A stretch of DNA of 64,000 nucleotides. Origin: Candidatus Thorarchaeota archaeon. GTDB taxonomy: Archaea > Asgardarchaeota > Thorarchaeia > Thorarchaeales > Thorarchaeaceae. Position 1 is the stretch's first letter; each line of letters starts with the position of its first letter. Positions 48,408 to 59,003 of this stretch are shown in pieces. The stretch spans positions 1 through 64,000 of the forward strand of contig JAFGAR010000004.1 in the NCBI GenBank assembly GCA_016933575.1, in the 5' to 3' direction. The notes below the pieces were generated by a model, which did not search any database, was not told the origin of the DNA, and saw nothing but the letters and a program-made list of their open reading frames with translations. The position numbers and the translations under genes were made by a program.

Positions 48408-48742
48408 CCTCTCAACCTCCTGAGTTCACGGATGTCCAATGTGCCGTAATGGCGGTACGCTTTGACAATCAGGCTCATCGCTACTACTGCAATGGCACCA
48501 CCAATGCAGATTGAGATTATAACAAAGTCCTGAACAAGTGGGTCTACAGAGTCAATGGTACTCGGTCCAGTTGTGAAGGCACCAAGAGCAATGAAATTAA
48601 GATTAACTGCAGCTACGAGTATCTCTATGCCCATGACCAACTTGACCATGTTCTTTGAACTTGCAAGGGTATAGAGTCCGAGCATATATAGAAAGATCGC
48701 AAAGATGAGATAGAAATGGAGCATGTCAAGCATTCTATTCAA
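48404..48742 (-). CDS. nuoK: Complex I subunit K-like
   Basis: NMVKLVMGIEIL...NLNF and YRHYGTLDI...LRG. Confidence 0.85.
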   Translation of the reverse strand: MNRMLDMLHFYLIFAIFLYMLGLYTLASSKNMVKLVMGIEILVAAVNLNFIALGAFTTGPSTIDSVDPLVQDFVIISICIGGAIAVVAMSLIVKAYRHYGTLDIRELRRLRG

Positions 48743-48983
48743 CCTCCCGTTGAGCGGTCCTGAACATAGCTGAAGCGCCCATCACTGCAGCCAGAAGTAA
48801 TGTGACTTGAGCTAGAATGTCAATAGCCCTGTAGGTACCCAACCATTGAGCTACAGCATCGTTCGCATCAATGTAGTCGAGTAGAGGCAATGCAAGTGAG
48901 AAAGTAGAGTAGTCGATCAGTTGTCCGATAATCAGTACGAGTATGAGAACTCCCAGAGTCAATGCTGCAATCTTGTATCTCAT
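48735..48983 (-). CDS. NuoJ C-terminal-half-like membrane protein
   Basis: WLGTYRAIDILAQVTLLLAAVMGA; lies between the J N-half and K. Confidence 0.65.
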   Translation of the reverse strand: MRYKIAALTLGVLILVLIIGQLIDYSTFSLALPLLDYIDANDAVAQWLGTYRAIDILAQVTLLLAAVMGASAMFRTAQREVE

Positions 48984-49273
48984 CAGGCAATCACCTCGTC
49001 TGAAGTATTCTTAGGGGGCTCTTCATTCTCAGGTGTATCAAGGTTCATTGTAACGAGAAAGAGGATTGCTACAGCGCCCGAGAATACTGAGAGATTGAAG
49101 ACTGCCACAAGAGGCGCGCCAAGAACAAAGAATGATAGGCTCAGAAAACCATTCCCAACAGCAAAAGCAATGATAGCAAAGGATAGCTTTCGATACTCAA
49201 TGGACACCACCAAGAAGATGAACATGAGTACAAGGATGATAACCTGAAGCACTTCGAGTAGTGTTGTGATCAT
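48983..49273 (-). CDS. NuoJ N-terminal-half-like membrane protein
   Basis: LGAPLVAVFNLSVFSGAVAILFL resembles NuoJ TM3. Confidence 0.75.
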   Translation of the reverse strand: MITTLLEVLQVIILVLMFIFLVVSIEYRKLSFAIIAFAVGNGFLSLSFFVLGAPLVAVFNLSVFSGAVAILFLVTMNLDTPENEEPPKNTSDEVIA

Positions 49274-49413
49274 CGTACAGCCCTACCTTGGGTCTAACCA
49301 TAGTTGACAGCTGCGTCGGCGTGGCTAGTGCTTCATAAGTCTAACTGAGTGTACATAAGAATCATAATCAAGAGAAAGGATTACATGGGTGTCGTTCTAT
49401 CTCTTCCATTGAA

Positions 49414-50361
49414 ATGACAAAGAGAGTATTGGTCACAGGAGCGGCAGGTTTTATCGGTTCAAGACTTGTTGAGATTCTACTTTCTAAGGGATATCAAGTA
49501 GTGGGCATTGATAATTTTAGAACAGGAAAGAGAAAAAATCTGGAGGAAGCCCTACAGAATGACCGATTTCGATTATATGAGTTGGATATATCGCAGGCAG
49601 TTCCCACAACAGATATCAATGGACCAATAGATGTAGTCTTCCATCTTGCTGCAATCTCATCAGTGAAGGAATCGATTGAAAGTCCAATTCTTGTGGATAG
49701 CACAAATGTAGTGGGTACAATTAATGTCCTTGAGCTAGCTCGTAGATTAGATGTTAGAAGGATAGTCTTCAGCTCTAGTGCAGCAGTATATGGAGACCCC
49801 GAACGAATTCCTATCACTGAAGACACTCCAGTAAGTCCTCTAAGTCCATATGCTGCATCAAAGATTGCCGCGGAGATGTACATTCAGACTTATTCAAAGC
49901 TCTACGGAATAGAGGGAACGATTCTTCGTTACTTCAATGTCTTTGGCCCTCGACAGGCCTATTCAGAGTATAGTGGTGTCATTTCTATATTCATCAATGA
50001 AGCCCTCAACAATAGCCCTATCAAGATCGAAGGCAGTGGTGAACAGACTAGGAGTTTCATCTATGTGGACGATGTGGCAAAGGCAAGTATCCTGGCTGCT
50101 GAGAGAGAGGGGGCTAGAGATATGGTCATGAATATCTCTGGCACAAAGGCTGTTTCAATATCATCTTTGGCACAACAAGTGAAAGAACTGGTGAGAGGAA
50201 CTCGCTCTGACATACTCAATATTTCACCACGACCCGGGGATGTGACACACAGTATTGGAAATATTGAGCGAGCCCAGAGGATTCTGGGCTTTACTCCAGA
50301 GATGACTCTAGAGGATGGGCTCAACCATACCATCGACTGGTACAGGTCGCACCATACCTAG
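49414..50361 (+). CDS. NAD-dependent nucleotide-sugar epimerase/dehydratase
   Basis: TGAAGFIG, SSSAAVYG, YAASK, RYFNVFGP. Confidence 0.92.
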   Translation: MTKRVLVTGAAGFIGSRLVEILLSKGYQVVGIDNFRTGKRKNLEEALQNDRFRLYELDISQAVPTTDINGPIDVVFHLAAISSVKESIESPILVDSTNVVGTINVLELARRLDVRRIVFSSSAAVYGDPERIPITEDTPVSPLSPYAASKIAAEMYIQTYSKLYGIEGTILRYFNVFGPRQAYSEYSGVISIFINEALNNSPIKIEGSGEQTRSFIYVDDVAKASILAAEREGARDMVMNISGTKAVSISSLAQQVKELVRGTRSDILNISPRPGDVTHSIGNIERAQRILGFTPEMTLEDGLNHTIDWYRSHHT

Positions 50362-53300
50362 GTCACTGTTATGATCAGATTGATCTGGTCCACTTCTTCT
50401 ATCTCAGTTCTGAGAATCACCTGTACGATATATTGTCCACTCACCTGCCCTTCAGGGAGATAGACTGTCAATAGAGGGATTGTTCCATAGAGGTCACCTA
50501 TGCCAACATCTCCAACATCAAGCGTGTATTTCGAATTGACAGATGTCACCACAGAGCCATGCCACAGAATGGAGAAGTTACCAGACGGTGGAACGACAAT
50601 ATCTATGTAGAGGTGATGGGTGACATTGTCATTATTCCGCATCAACGCTGTGAGACTAGTGTATTCTCCAGATGTAATGGTAACAGGATTGAAGGTCACG
50701 GACTCAAATCCGACTTGGCCCTCTTCAATCGTGCTTCTATTCAAGAGACCAAACATCTTGTAGTATGCCTCGATGACATTCTCTCCCAGCTCAACTCGTT
50801 CTCCAGTACGAGCATCGACAAGTCCCACGCCACCAAGCTTCTGGATGACTCTATTTGTTGAGGTCTCCACCTCAAGAAAGACTGGTACTATGAAGAAGAG
50901 GTCACCACCAAGATGATAGAGCAGTCTGTTACCATAACGGTGTGACCCCCAAAGCTGAAGCTGGGTTCGAACGACGTCGTTTGTTTCAAAGGCCTGTACC
51001 ACAGCTGTCGGTCCAAGCCAGTTAGAGGCTCCACTCTCACCTGCTCGATAGAATGTAAATTCTCCAAAACGTTGGTTACCACAACCCATGACGTAGATAC
51101 CTGCTAGATTATGTGCAGAGACCGCAGATGAAGCAATTTTGAACTCACTATTGTGATAGGCTATAAACCGCTCCTCACCCTCAATATTCATGATGACATA
51201 TCGTGTATCAGAATCATCTGGTTTCTGATGGAAGTCGACACCATCAAGCCATGTGTTAGGGTTGTTCACATGGTAGATGTAGGCTGTATCGAGTTGGCGC
51301 TCGTAGAGGTCTTCAGGCCATTTCAGTTGATATTGAAGCCAATCGGGACACTCATGCCAATCATAATAGTTCTTGTATGTATTATCAAGGAAGAGATCAT
51401 CACCAAGAACAGGGGATTCGTAGAAAGCCATCTCACCAGTCTCAACATCTACAAGAACTACACCCATGAATCTCATGTAGTGCTCATGTGCATATCCAGT
51501 AGAAAGACGATAATCAATGAAGATGGAAACAGCATAGCTGATCGTACCATATGGATCAACAACGATGTAGGGGTCTAAGTCAACAGATAATCCCTGTAGC
51601 ATCACAGCACTGACCCGAGACCTAACATCACGTTCCACAAGGATATCCATGTCTCGGCCCAAGTATGACCAAGCCTCAGGACCCATAGTAAAGAGATAGA
51701 ACAGCGACTCAAAACCACTCAGTGTATAATCGGGGGTTCCCTCAAATGTCGTATTTCCAACCTCTTCGAAATTGGGAACGTTCACAAAGATGATATCATT
51801 GAATCCATCGCCTTCTCCATAATAGAAATTAACGGAATCAGTTCGATTGAGAAGTGAGATGTAGTTGGCGTCTTCGACAATCTCGCCACTATAAGCATCA
51901 AGAATGACCATGCCTTCAGTATGTGTATAGATGATACGTTGATTGAGGAAATTGGTCCGGGTTGCACCAGTCTCAAAGGTCAAGGGTGCAATCCAATACT
52001 CGTGTCCCTTCAGATAGGTGATATCCGAGTCCGCCAACTGCATCCAGTTGGCACCTATTTGGTTCCGCATCCGAAGGTAACTCGCAGTCTGATCCCACTG
52101 CCGGACCGTAGTCAGGGACTCTATCTCACTCTCAGGTGTAGCATTCGATGTAAGGTCATCAAGACTCTTTATCTCCAGATCAGATATGCCAGCAGCCCAG
52201 TTTGTTATCTCAATCTCCTTTGCTGTTTCGTAATTGAACTTCCAATCGATGAATTTGTCCCCATCCATTTGAATTCCATAGTAGAGAGCCTGTGTCACCG
52301 GAAGCATTACTACGATTGCGATGAGAAAGACAGAGAGTAGCGCAAAGTTCCGTGGCGACCCTCCAATTGGAATCATTCGTTCAATCTTGAGTCGTCTGAG
52401 TTCGTTGGAGATATGAGCACGGTCTTCCATGAGATAACCTACTCGTGTTCGGTATTCTTCAGCAGTGGTCGCGCCAGACTCATACTCCTGTCGCAATGAG
52501 AGTAACTCGCCCTGAAGTCTGGCTAGGTCACCCTCAAGTGATGCAATCTTTGACTTGAGTCGTGTTCGAACGTCTCCAGAACGAACGCGAATGACCATGA
52601 AAGCAAATGAACCAAACAGACATGCTCCAAGAGCAATGATCATGGCAAGATAGCTCATCCAAGTACCTGCGTTCACAGTCCACGTGGGAACTGCAAGTAT
52701 CTCTAATAGAAGCGCGAGTGCACCTACTAAGAGACCCTTGGAGATGACTACGAAGATGTCCCGTCGCTGCATCATGAGGTCGGTGATAATACTTAGTACT
52801 AGTCGAGCTGCGGTAGCGATAATCAATGTAGAGATGAGTCCAGAATAGAGCTGGTACGCCTCCATAGCAGGAATCAAGGACATGATTGATTCTGCAGAGG
52901 TTCCAGGGGAGAATGGAAGTGCAAAGAGGGTTGAGAATTGTGTAGCAGATATTGAGATGGATCCATCCCCAGCCAGCATCATGAGAAAGGCTACATTCTG
53001 GCCTGTGACTGCATAGCCGCCTGTTGATACATAAAACAGGAAGAATGCACCGAACTCAAGCAGACGCCAGATTATCGCAGTCTTGTTATCAAGTCGTTTA
53101 ATCAGTGGACCAGTCTGACCCACTGCGGAAACAAACGTGAGAAATGTTGAACGTGACCAGAGGGTGACTAGGCTACTAAGAAGAGCCAAGAGTAGGGATG
53201 CTGTGAAGATATTATTCCGAAGCGTCCAGGTCATCCAGAAGTCTACACTGGCCTTTGCATTGTAGGTACTAATGTAGATACTTTGACCTAGCAACCAACC

Positions 53301-53378
53301 GTATACTGTAGCAAGAACCGCAGCAGCAATTACTGCAATGATGCTGAAGATAATTAGAATACGTAGGAATTTCATCAA
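50358..53378 (-). CDS. UPF0182-family membrane protein
   Basis: N-terminal multi-TM region, VRQWD, YTHTEG, YYGE, DPYIV, WPEDL, YHV. Confidence 0.75.
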   Translation of the reverse strand: MMKFLRILIIFSIIAVIAAAVLATVYGWLLGQSIYISTYNAKASVDFWMTWTLRNNIFTASLLLALLSSLVTLWSRSTFLTFVSAVGQTGPLIKRLDNKTAIIWRLLEFGAFFLFYVSTGGYAVTGQNVAFLMMLAGDGSISISATQFSTLFALPFSPGTSAESIMSLIPAMEAYQLYSGLISTLIIATAARLVLSIITDLMMQRRDIFVVISKGLLVGALALLLEILAVPTWTVNAGTWMSYLAMIIALGACLFGSFAFMVIRVRSGDVRTRLKSKIASLEGDLARLQGELLSLRQEYESGATTAEEYRTRVGYLMEDRAHISNELRRLKIERMIPIGGSPRNFALLSVFLIAIVVMLPVTQALYYGIQMDGDKFIDWKFNYETAKEIEITNWAAGISDLEIKSLDDLTSNATPESEIESLTTVRQWDQTASYLRMRNQIGANWMQLADSDITYLKGHEYWIAPLTFETGATRTNFLNQRIIYTHTEGMVILDAYSGEIVEDANYISLLNRTDSVNFYYGEGDGFNDIIFVNVPNFEEVGNTTFEGTPDYTLSGFESLFYLFTMGPEAWSYLGRDMDILVERDVRSRVSAVMLQGLSVDLDPYIVVDPYGTISYAVSIFIDYRLSTGYAHEHYMRFMGVVLVDVETGEMAFYESPVLGDDLFLDNTYKNYYDWHECPDWLQYQLKWPEDLYERQLDTAYIYHVNNPNTWLDGVDFHQKPDDSDTRYVIMNIEGEERFIAYHNSEFKIASSAVSAHNLAGIYVMGCGNQRFGEFTFYRAGESGASNWLGPTAVVQAFETNDVVRTQLQLWGSHRYGNRLLYHLGGDLFFIVPVFLEVETSTNRVIQKLGGVGLVDARTGERVELGENVIEAYYKMFGLLNRSTIEEGQVGFESVTFNPVTITSGEYTSLTALMRNNDNVTHHLYIDIVVPPSGNFSILWHGSVVTSVNSKYTLDVGDVGIGDLYGTIPLLTVYLPEGQVSGQYIVQVILRTEIEEVDQINLIITVT

Positions 53379-53437
53379 TTCTACCTCTCAGGTCCTCAAT
53401 GTAAGAGTTTTGAACGTGAGCATAAGAGGATAACGCT

Positions 53438-53944
53438 TCAAGATTTTTGAAGAAGTTCATGTTGACTTGTCAGGGAAAACGAGTGTCCATCGATTGCACG
53501 TGATACTGCAAGGATGCCCTCTAGATGGTCATATTCATGTTGTAAGAGTTCGGACAGGTCATCTGCGAGTTTCATCGATTGAGATCTCCAATGTTGATCT
53601 CTATAATCGATTATACAAAAGCGATGTCGTCTTACTCGAACAAGAAGCTCGGGAAAGCACATGCAATCATCCCAGAGTTCTATCATTTCCCGACTCAAGT
53701 CCCTCAATACTGGATTGACAAATACAACAGGTCTGTCGATGTGAATGTAGATGATGCGTTTCATCACTCCAATCTGAGGAGCAGCAATCGCGCGACCAAC
53801 ACCGTACTCTTCGCGAAAGACCATCATAGTATCATGGAGGTCCTGAACAACACGCTGAACCAAGTCAATCTCTGTCTCATGCACTTCTTCAGATACTTCG
53901 TAGAGCTTGGGATTACCAAGCAATAGAATTTCTTGTACTGTCAT
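53438..53944 (-). CDS. def: Peptide deformylase-family protein (variant motifs)
   Basis: GRAIAAPQIG, DDCMC in place of EGCLS, QHEYDHLEG; likely start 53944. Confidence 0.85.
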   Translation of the reverse strand: MTVQEILLLGNPKLYEVSEEVHETEIDLVQRVVQDLHDTMMVFREEYGVGRAIAAPQIGVMKRIIYIHIDRPVVFVNPVLRDLSREMIELWDDCMCFPELLVRVRRHRFCIIDYRDQHWRSQSMKLADDLSELLQHEYDHLEGILAVSRAIDGHSFSLTSQHELLQKS

Positions 53945-54042
53945 CAATCCGTAATAGATACATTCTGTGTTAAGAATATGGTTTAAGATGCGATTCACAC
54001 TAAGTCGATACTAATATCAGACCCGTTGTATGTTGATGACCT

Positions 54043-54873
54043 ATGGCACGATCCATGCGGTTCGTCAACCTCCTGAAACGGACTTTTCCACGAAGACGGG
54101 CTATTGCAAAGATGACAAAGGTACCTCTGTTAGGCAGGCTCATAGACAAGATGCTCTTTGAGGGAGATGATATAATGTATCTGCCAAAGGACACTGTATA
54201 CCAGAAGACAATCCAGATTGGTAAGACACTTGACCGACCGGAGGAGACTGCGCTCCCCTCAGAGATTGTGCATCACTTTATCGATAAGGCAAATCACCAC
54301 TGGATCATGAACTTCTGTCTCTGCCGAGATGCCTCAAAATGTGAGGACTATCCTATAGAATATGGATGCCTCTTTCTTGGAGAAGCTGTGCACGGCATCA
54401 ATCCCAAACTCGGACGTCTCGTCACAAAAGAAGAAGCCCATGAGTACGTGAGGAAATGCAGAGAAGCAGGATTAGTCCATTTGATAGGGAGAAACAAGCT
54501 CGATTCTTCTTGGCTTGGAGTATCTCCAGGTGATAAGTTATTGACCATCTGCAACTGCTGTCCGTGCTGTTGCCTATGGAAGATTCTGCCTGACATGAAT
54601 CCTAAGATTGGCAGGAAAGTGACTAAGATGCCGGGTGTCGATGTCAAGGTAACTGATGCCTGTGTTGGATGCGGAACATGTACGGAAGAAAATGTCTGTT
54701 TTGTAAATGCTATCAGCCTTGTTGATGGGCGGGCTGTGATAAGTGAGGAGTGCAGAGGTTGCGCGAGATGTGTTGAAGTCTGCCCAAATGATGCCATAGA
54801 GTTGACTATTGATCGACAGGAGTTCATCAATGAGTCAATTGATAGAGTGTCGTCTGTTGTCGATGTTGAGTAG
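54043..54873 (+). CDS. Fe-S protein with C-terminal 2x[4Fe-4S] ferredoxin domain
   Basis: CLCR, ICNCCPCCC, CVGCGTC...C, CRGCARCVEVCP. Confidence 0.85.
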   Translation: MARSMRFVNLLKRTFPRRRAIAKMTKVPLLGRLIDKMLFEGDDIMYLPKDTVYQKTIQIGKTLDRPEETALPSEIVHHFIDKANHHWIMNFCLCRDASKCEDYPIEYGCLFLGEAVHGINPKLGRLVTKEEAHEYVRKCREAGLVHLIGRNKLDSSWLGVSPGDKLLTICNCCPCCCLWKILPDMNPKIGRKVTKMPGVDVKVTDACVGCGTCTEENVCFVNAISLVDGRAVISEECRGCARCVEVCPNDAIELTIDRQEFINESIDRVSSVVDVE

Positions 54874-54951
54874 CCATGTGGTAATGTTTTTTACTTGACA
54901 CGCTTCGGCTCTCTCACTCATCTAGAGGTCATGACCTCAAGAGGGAGCCTC

Positions 54952-56292
54952 ATGGATACTAAGATTACAGTCATAGGCCTTGGTTACGTAGGTATACCTT
55001 GTGCTGCGCTATTAGCTGATGTAGATGGCTTTCAGGTCACTGGTCTTCAGCGACGATCGAAGAGGTCGGGATGGAAGATTGAGTATTTGAATGCTGGAAA
55101 ATCTCCTTTTGCAGGAAATGAGCCGGGTCTTGATGAGTTAATTGCTAGAGTGGTAAAGAAGGGTACATTCAAGGCAACAGATGATGTCCAAGTTCTCTCA
55201 GATTCCGATGTCATCCTCATTGATGTACAGACACCAACAGATGAGAATCATGTCCCTCAATATCATTCTCTGAAGGAAGTCAGTGAAGAGATTGGAAAGC
55301 GGATTAAGAAAGACACTCTTGTTGTTGTAGAGTCTACAGTAGCACCGGGTACCACGCATAATATTGTCCAGAAACTGATTGAGGAACACTCGGGTATGAA
55401 AGCAGGGGAAGACTTTGACCTTGCATTTGCCTATGAGCGAGTTATGCCAGGTAAATTGATCTATAACATTGTGAACCTTCCAAGAATAGTTGGTGGAATT
55501 ACTCCAAAGAGTGCAGATCGTGCTGTAGGAATCTACTCAAAGATTGTTAAAGCCAAAATTCACAAGACTAATGTCATTACTGCAGAGCTCTCAAAGACCA
55601 TTGAGAACGCCTATAGAGATGTAAATATCGCCTTTGCTAATGAGATGGCTCTTGTCTGTGAGAGTCTAGGAGTGAATGTGTTCGATGTCATAGAACTTGT
55701 GAACGAACTTCCAAGTAGAATGATGCACATACCCGGCGCAGGAGTTGGAGGCCATTGTCTCCCAAAGGATACTTGGCTTCTTAGGTATGGTCTCAATGAG
55801 TACGGAACTCAGAAGATGGAACCACGATTCATTGCTCTTGCACGAGACATTAACAATCATATGCCAGTCCATATGGCAATTCTCGTTGAAGATGCCCTAA
55901 AGCAAAGAGAGGTCAATATCAAGGGAGCTACAGTCACAATTCTCGGAATTGCTTATCTTGAAGATTCCGATGATACAAGAAACACTCCAGCAGCAGCGCT
56001 TGTTTCAACTCTTGAAAAGATGGGAGCAAATGTTATACTTCATGACCCATTTGTAAGGGAATGGGACTTTGGATTACACACAATTGAGCGAGATATTAGA
56101 AAGGCTGCAAAGAATTCAGATTGTCTTGCCTTAGTCACGAAACACAAGCAGTATTTCACACTTGATTTTGACGACCTTCGTACCATCATGCGGACTCCTA
56201 CCTTCATAGATGGTCGTAATGTCTACAACGCAGAAACCATCAAATCAAAAGGTTTCGAGTATCGAGGTATTGGAAAAGTCGGAGTGTTGTAG
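54952..56292 (+). CDS. UDP-N-acetylhexosamine 6-dehydrogenase (WecC/WbpA-like)
   Basis: GLGYVG, ESTVAPGTT, ERVMPG, ENAYRDVNIAFANE, GGHCLPKD; likely start 54952. Confidence 0.9.
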   Translation: MDTKITVIGLGYVGIPCAALLADVDGFQVTGLQRRSKRSGWKIEYLNAGKSPFAGNEPGLDELIARVVKKGTFKATDDVQVLSDSDVILIDVQTPTDENHVPQYHSLKEVSEEIGKRIKKDTLVVVESTVAPGTTHNIVQKLIEEHSGMKAGEDFDLAFAYERVMPGKLIYNIVNLPRIVGGITPKSADRAVGIYSKIVKAKIHKTNVITAELSKTIENAYRDVNIAFANEMALVCESLGVNVFDVIELVNELPSRMMHIPGAGVGGHCLPKDTWLLRYGLNEYGTQKMEPRFIALARDINNHMPVHMAILVEDALKQREVNIKGATVTILGIAYLEDSDDTRNTPAAALVSTLEKMGANVILHDPFVREWDFGLHTIERDIRKAAKNSDCLALVTKHKQYFTLDFDDLRTIMRTPTFIDGRNVYNAETIKSKGFEYRGIGKVGVL

Positions 56293-56323
56293 CGAGAGTC
56301 GTGGGATACTATCTCAATCAGTT

Positions 56324-57565
56324 TCAAGCACCTAATTTCTCGATATGACCAGCATAGCCAAGGAGTAAAGGCATAACATCCATTCCCCGTATTGTGTGTA
56401 ATGCACCTTGAGCTGCATCAAATTCAGAGTATCGTTCCACACAGTCCGACCTCATTTGAGAGGACCAGAGAACTATTGGTACAGGATCACATGCATGCTC
56501 TCCAATTGTTACAGGTGTTGTGTGATCTCCTGTGACAACTAGTACAATCTTGTCGCGTGTTGATTCTAGGATCTCTCCGAGCATCTTATCGGTACGTTCG
56601 ATTGCGAGTATCTTCTCTTTGACATTTCCATCATGGCTTGCATTATCTGTCGCCTTGATGTGAACAAAGATGTAGTCGTAATCAGATTCGATGCATTCAA
56701 TGGTCTTCAGTGCAATATTATGGAAGTTTGTATCAATGGTACCTGTCTGACCTTCAACAAGTGCATGCTCCATTCCTACATATTTTGCAGCACCAATATA
56801 GAGTGCACCACCCGCAATCACTACTGATTTTATCCCATACTTTTCCTTCAGCGTTGTAATCTCATCATGACGACCAGGGCCTCGTAGTAGAATTGCATTT
56901 GCTGGAGGGATTCCATGTCGCGCTCGTTCTTTATTCAACGGTAGGTCCCTCATACGACGATTGGCTTCAATCATGAGCTTATTGACAATAGCAGCAGTCC
57001 GCTTGGATTCGGGGCTTAGGGGTTTGCACTCAAGTATCTTCTTCCCAGTCTCATGAGGGTCAACATCACTGATGTTTGCATAGAGCCCTTCTCCACGAAG
57101 CACAAGCGCGCCTCTGTGTTCAACTGTTGCAAGAAATCGAACCTGTACTCCATCGATTTCGATACCATCTATTACGGACTGAAGAGCGGCCTGTTCCTCA
57201 GGTGTAAAGACGCGACCGGCTCGACGATCTGTCACAATCATGTCTTTATCTACGCTGGCGAAGTTCGAACGGAATGCAATATCTCCAGGTTTTGTTTCCA
57301 GGCCAGAGCCAAGAACCTCAAGCGGGCCCCTACCAGGATAATTGGTATAGGGATCATAACCAAAGAGTGCAAGATGGGCTGCATCAGACCCAGGTGTGAT
57401 CCCTGGTCCGATAACATTCATTAGACCATTCTGACCCTCTTTTGCAAGTATATCCATAACTGGAGTATTGGCAGCCTGGAGAGGAGTCATTCCTCCCAAC
57501 TCGGGAGTCGGGCGGTCACCAAGACCGTCCATAACAACAAGAACTGCTTTCCGTTTTGTTGACAT
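56324..57565 (-). CDS. apgM: 2,3-bisphosphoglycerate-independent phosphoglycerate mutase, archaeal type
   Basis: DGLGDRP, PGSDAAHL, GRGPLE, HIKATDNASHDG, TGDHTTP. Confidence 0.93.
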   Translation of the reverse strand: MSTKRKAVLVVMDGLGDRPTPELGGMTPLQAANTPVMDILAKEGQNGLMNVIGPGITPGSDAAHLALFGYDPYTNYPGRGPLEVLGSGLETKPGDIAFRSNFASVDKDMIVTDRRAGRVFTPEEQAALQSVIDGIEIDGVQVRFLATVEHRGALVLRGEGLYANISDVDPHETGKKILECKPLSPESKRTAAIVNKLMIEANRRMRDLPLNKERARHGIPPANAILLRGPGRHDEITTLKEKYGIKSVVIAGGALYIGAAKYVGMEHALVEGQTGTIDTNFHNIALKTIECIESDYDYIFVHIKATDNASHDGNVKEKILAIERTDKMLGEILESTRDKIVLVVTGDHTTPVTIGEHACDPVPIVLWSSQMRSDCVERYSEFDAAQGALHTIRGMDVMPLLLGYAGHIEKLGA

Positions 57566-57568
57566 TAA

Positions 57569-58867
57569 CTAATATTTCCTCCAAGCAATTCTAAACTCAG
57601 AGCTTGGGTAGCCACATTCGCCGCCAAGAAGATCATAGATCTCCAATAGTCTATTGTATTTCTCGACCCGATCACTGCGAGCTGGAGCACCGGTCTTAAT
57701 CTGTCCGTTTGAGAGAGCGACAGATAGGTCTGAAATGAATGTGTCAGAGGTCTCTCCGCTTCTGTGACTGACTACGACACTCCATCCTGCACTATTTGCC
57801 AACTTTGCAGATTCTATTGCCTCTGAAACAGTTCCAATCTGGTTGACCTTGAGCAAGAGCGCATTTCCAGCTTTTTCATCGATAGCCCGTTTCACAATCT
57901 GGGGATTAGATACTGTCAAATCATCGGTGATTACCTGTATCTTAGTACGTCGTGTATAGTCTGTAAAATCAGCAAAGCTCTCTTCTTCAAAGGGATCCTC
58001 TACTATAGAGAGAGGGTATGACCGCTCGAGATTGATGTAGAAATCACGAAGTTCTGGGGGATCAAGCTGTTCACCATCGATGTGATATTTTCCGTTTTCA
58101 AAGAAACCACTAGCAGCAGCATCAATACCAAGTACTACATCCTTCTTTGGTCGATACCCAACTTCTTCGATCGCACGAATGATTGCATCAAAAGCATCAG
58201 TAGTGGACTTTAGTCCAAATCCACAGTATCCACCTTCATCCCCAACATGCTTTGCCATTCGACCATATTTCTTGATCATTCCTTTTCCCAGAGTCTGGTA
58301 GACCTCGCTAACACATCTCAAAGCCTCTGGAAAACTCTTCATTCCAATTGGTAGAATCATGAACTCCTGGATAGCCAGTTCATTACCTGCATGCGCACCA
58401 CCATTGATGACATTTGACATAGGAACGGGCTGGAGATATCGGACAGGCCTATCAAGGACCTTGGTTCGCAGATATTCAAAGAGCTCCATCTGTAGGTGTT
58501 TGGCAGCCGCAGCCGCAGTGGCCATAGATACTGAGAGAATGGCATTTGCACCTAATTCTCCCTTCCCCTTACTTGAATCCAAGCCAAGGAGAGCTTCATC
58601 AACAGCCTTCTGTGAGAGGGGATTGACAGATATCATGGCTTCAGCAATTGTCGTGTTCACATTCTTCACGGCTCTTGTGACGCCCTTGCCGCCAAATCGT
58701 TTCCCACCATCCCTGAGTTCAACGGCCTCATGAATGCCTGTTGAAGCTCCACTGGGTACTTTAGCCTCTCCGACCGACTCGTCAGAGAGAACGACCTTTG
58801 TCAATAATGTAGGATTTCCTCTGGAATCCAGAATCTCAATCGCATGTATTCTTGTGATTTCTACCAT
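57569..58867 (-). CDS. eno: Enolase
   Basis: ILDSRGNPT, PSGASTG, GDEGG, LLKVNQIG, SHRSGET. Confidence 0.96.
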   Translation of the reverse strand: MVEITRIHAIEILDSRGNPTLLTKVVLSDESVGEAKVPSGASTGIHEAVELRDGGKRFGGKGVTRAVKNVNTTIAEAMISVNPLSQKAVDEALLGLDSSKGKGELGANAILSVSMATAAAAAKHLQMELFEYLRTKVLDRPVRYLQPVPMSNVINGGAHAGNELAIQEFMILPIGMKSFPEALRCVSEVYQTLGKGMIKKYGRMAKHVGDEGGYCGFGLKSTTDAFDAIIRAIEEVGYRPKKDVVLGIDAAASGFFENGKYHIDGEQLDPPELRDFYINLERSYPLSIVEDPFEEESFADFTDYTRRTKIQVITDDLTVSNPQIVKRAIDEKAGNALLLKVNQIGTVSEAIESAKLANSAGWSVVVSHRSGETSDTFISDLSVALSNGQIKTGAPARSDRVEKYNRLLEIYDLLGGECGYPSSEFRIAWRKY

Positions 58868-59003
58868 TTGTGGTCACCAAAACTGCAAAACTGCAACTAT
58901 GTCCTGAAAATTCAGAACCTTCTTTAATTTATGTTCATGCATGTGAACGTTGACCTATATTATTCTGTCTTTGGACGTGGCAGTATTTTGTCGTACCAAT
59001 TAT

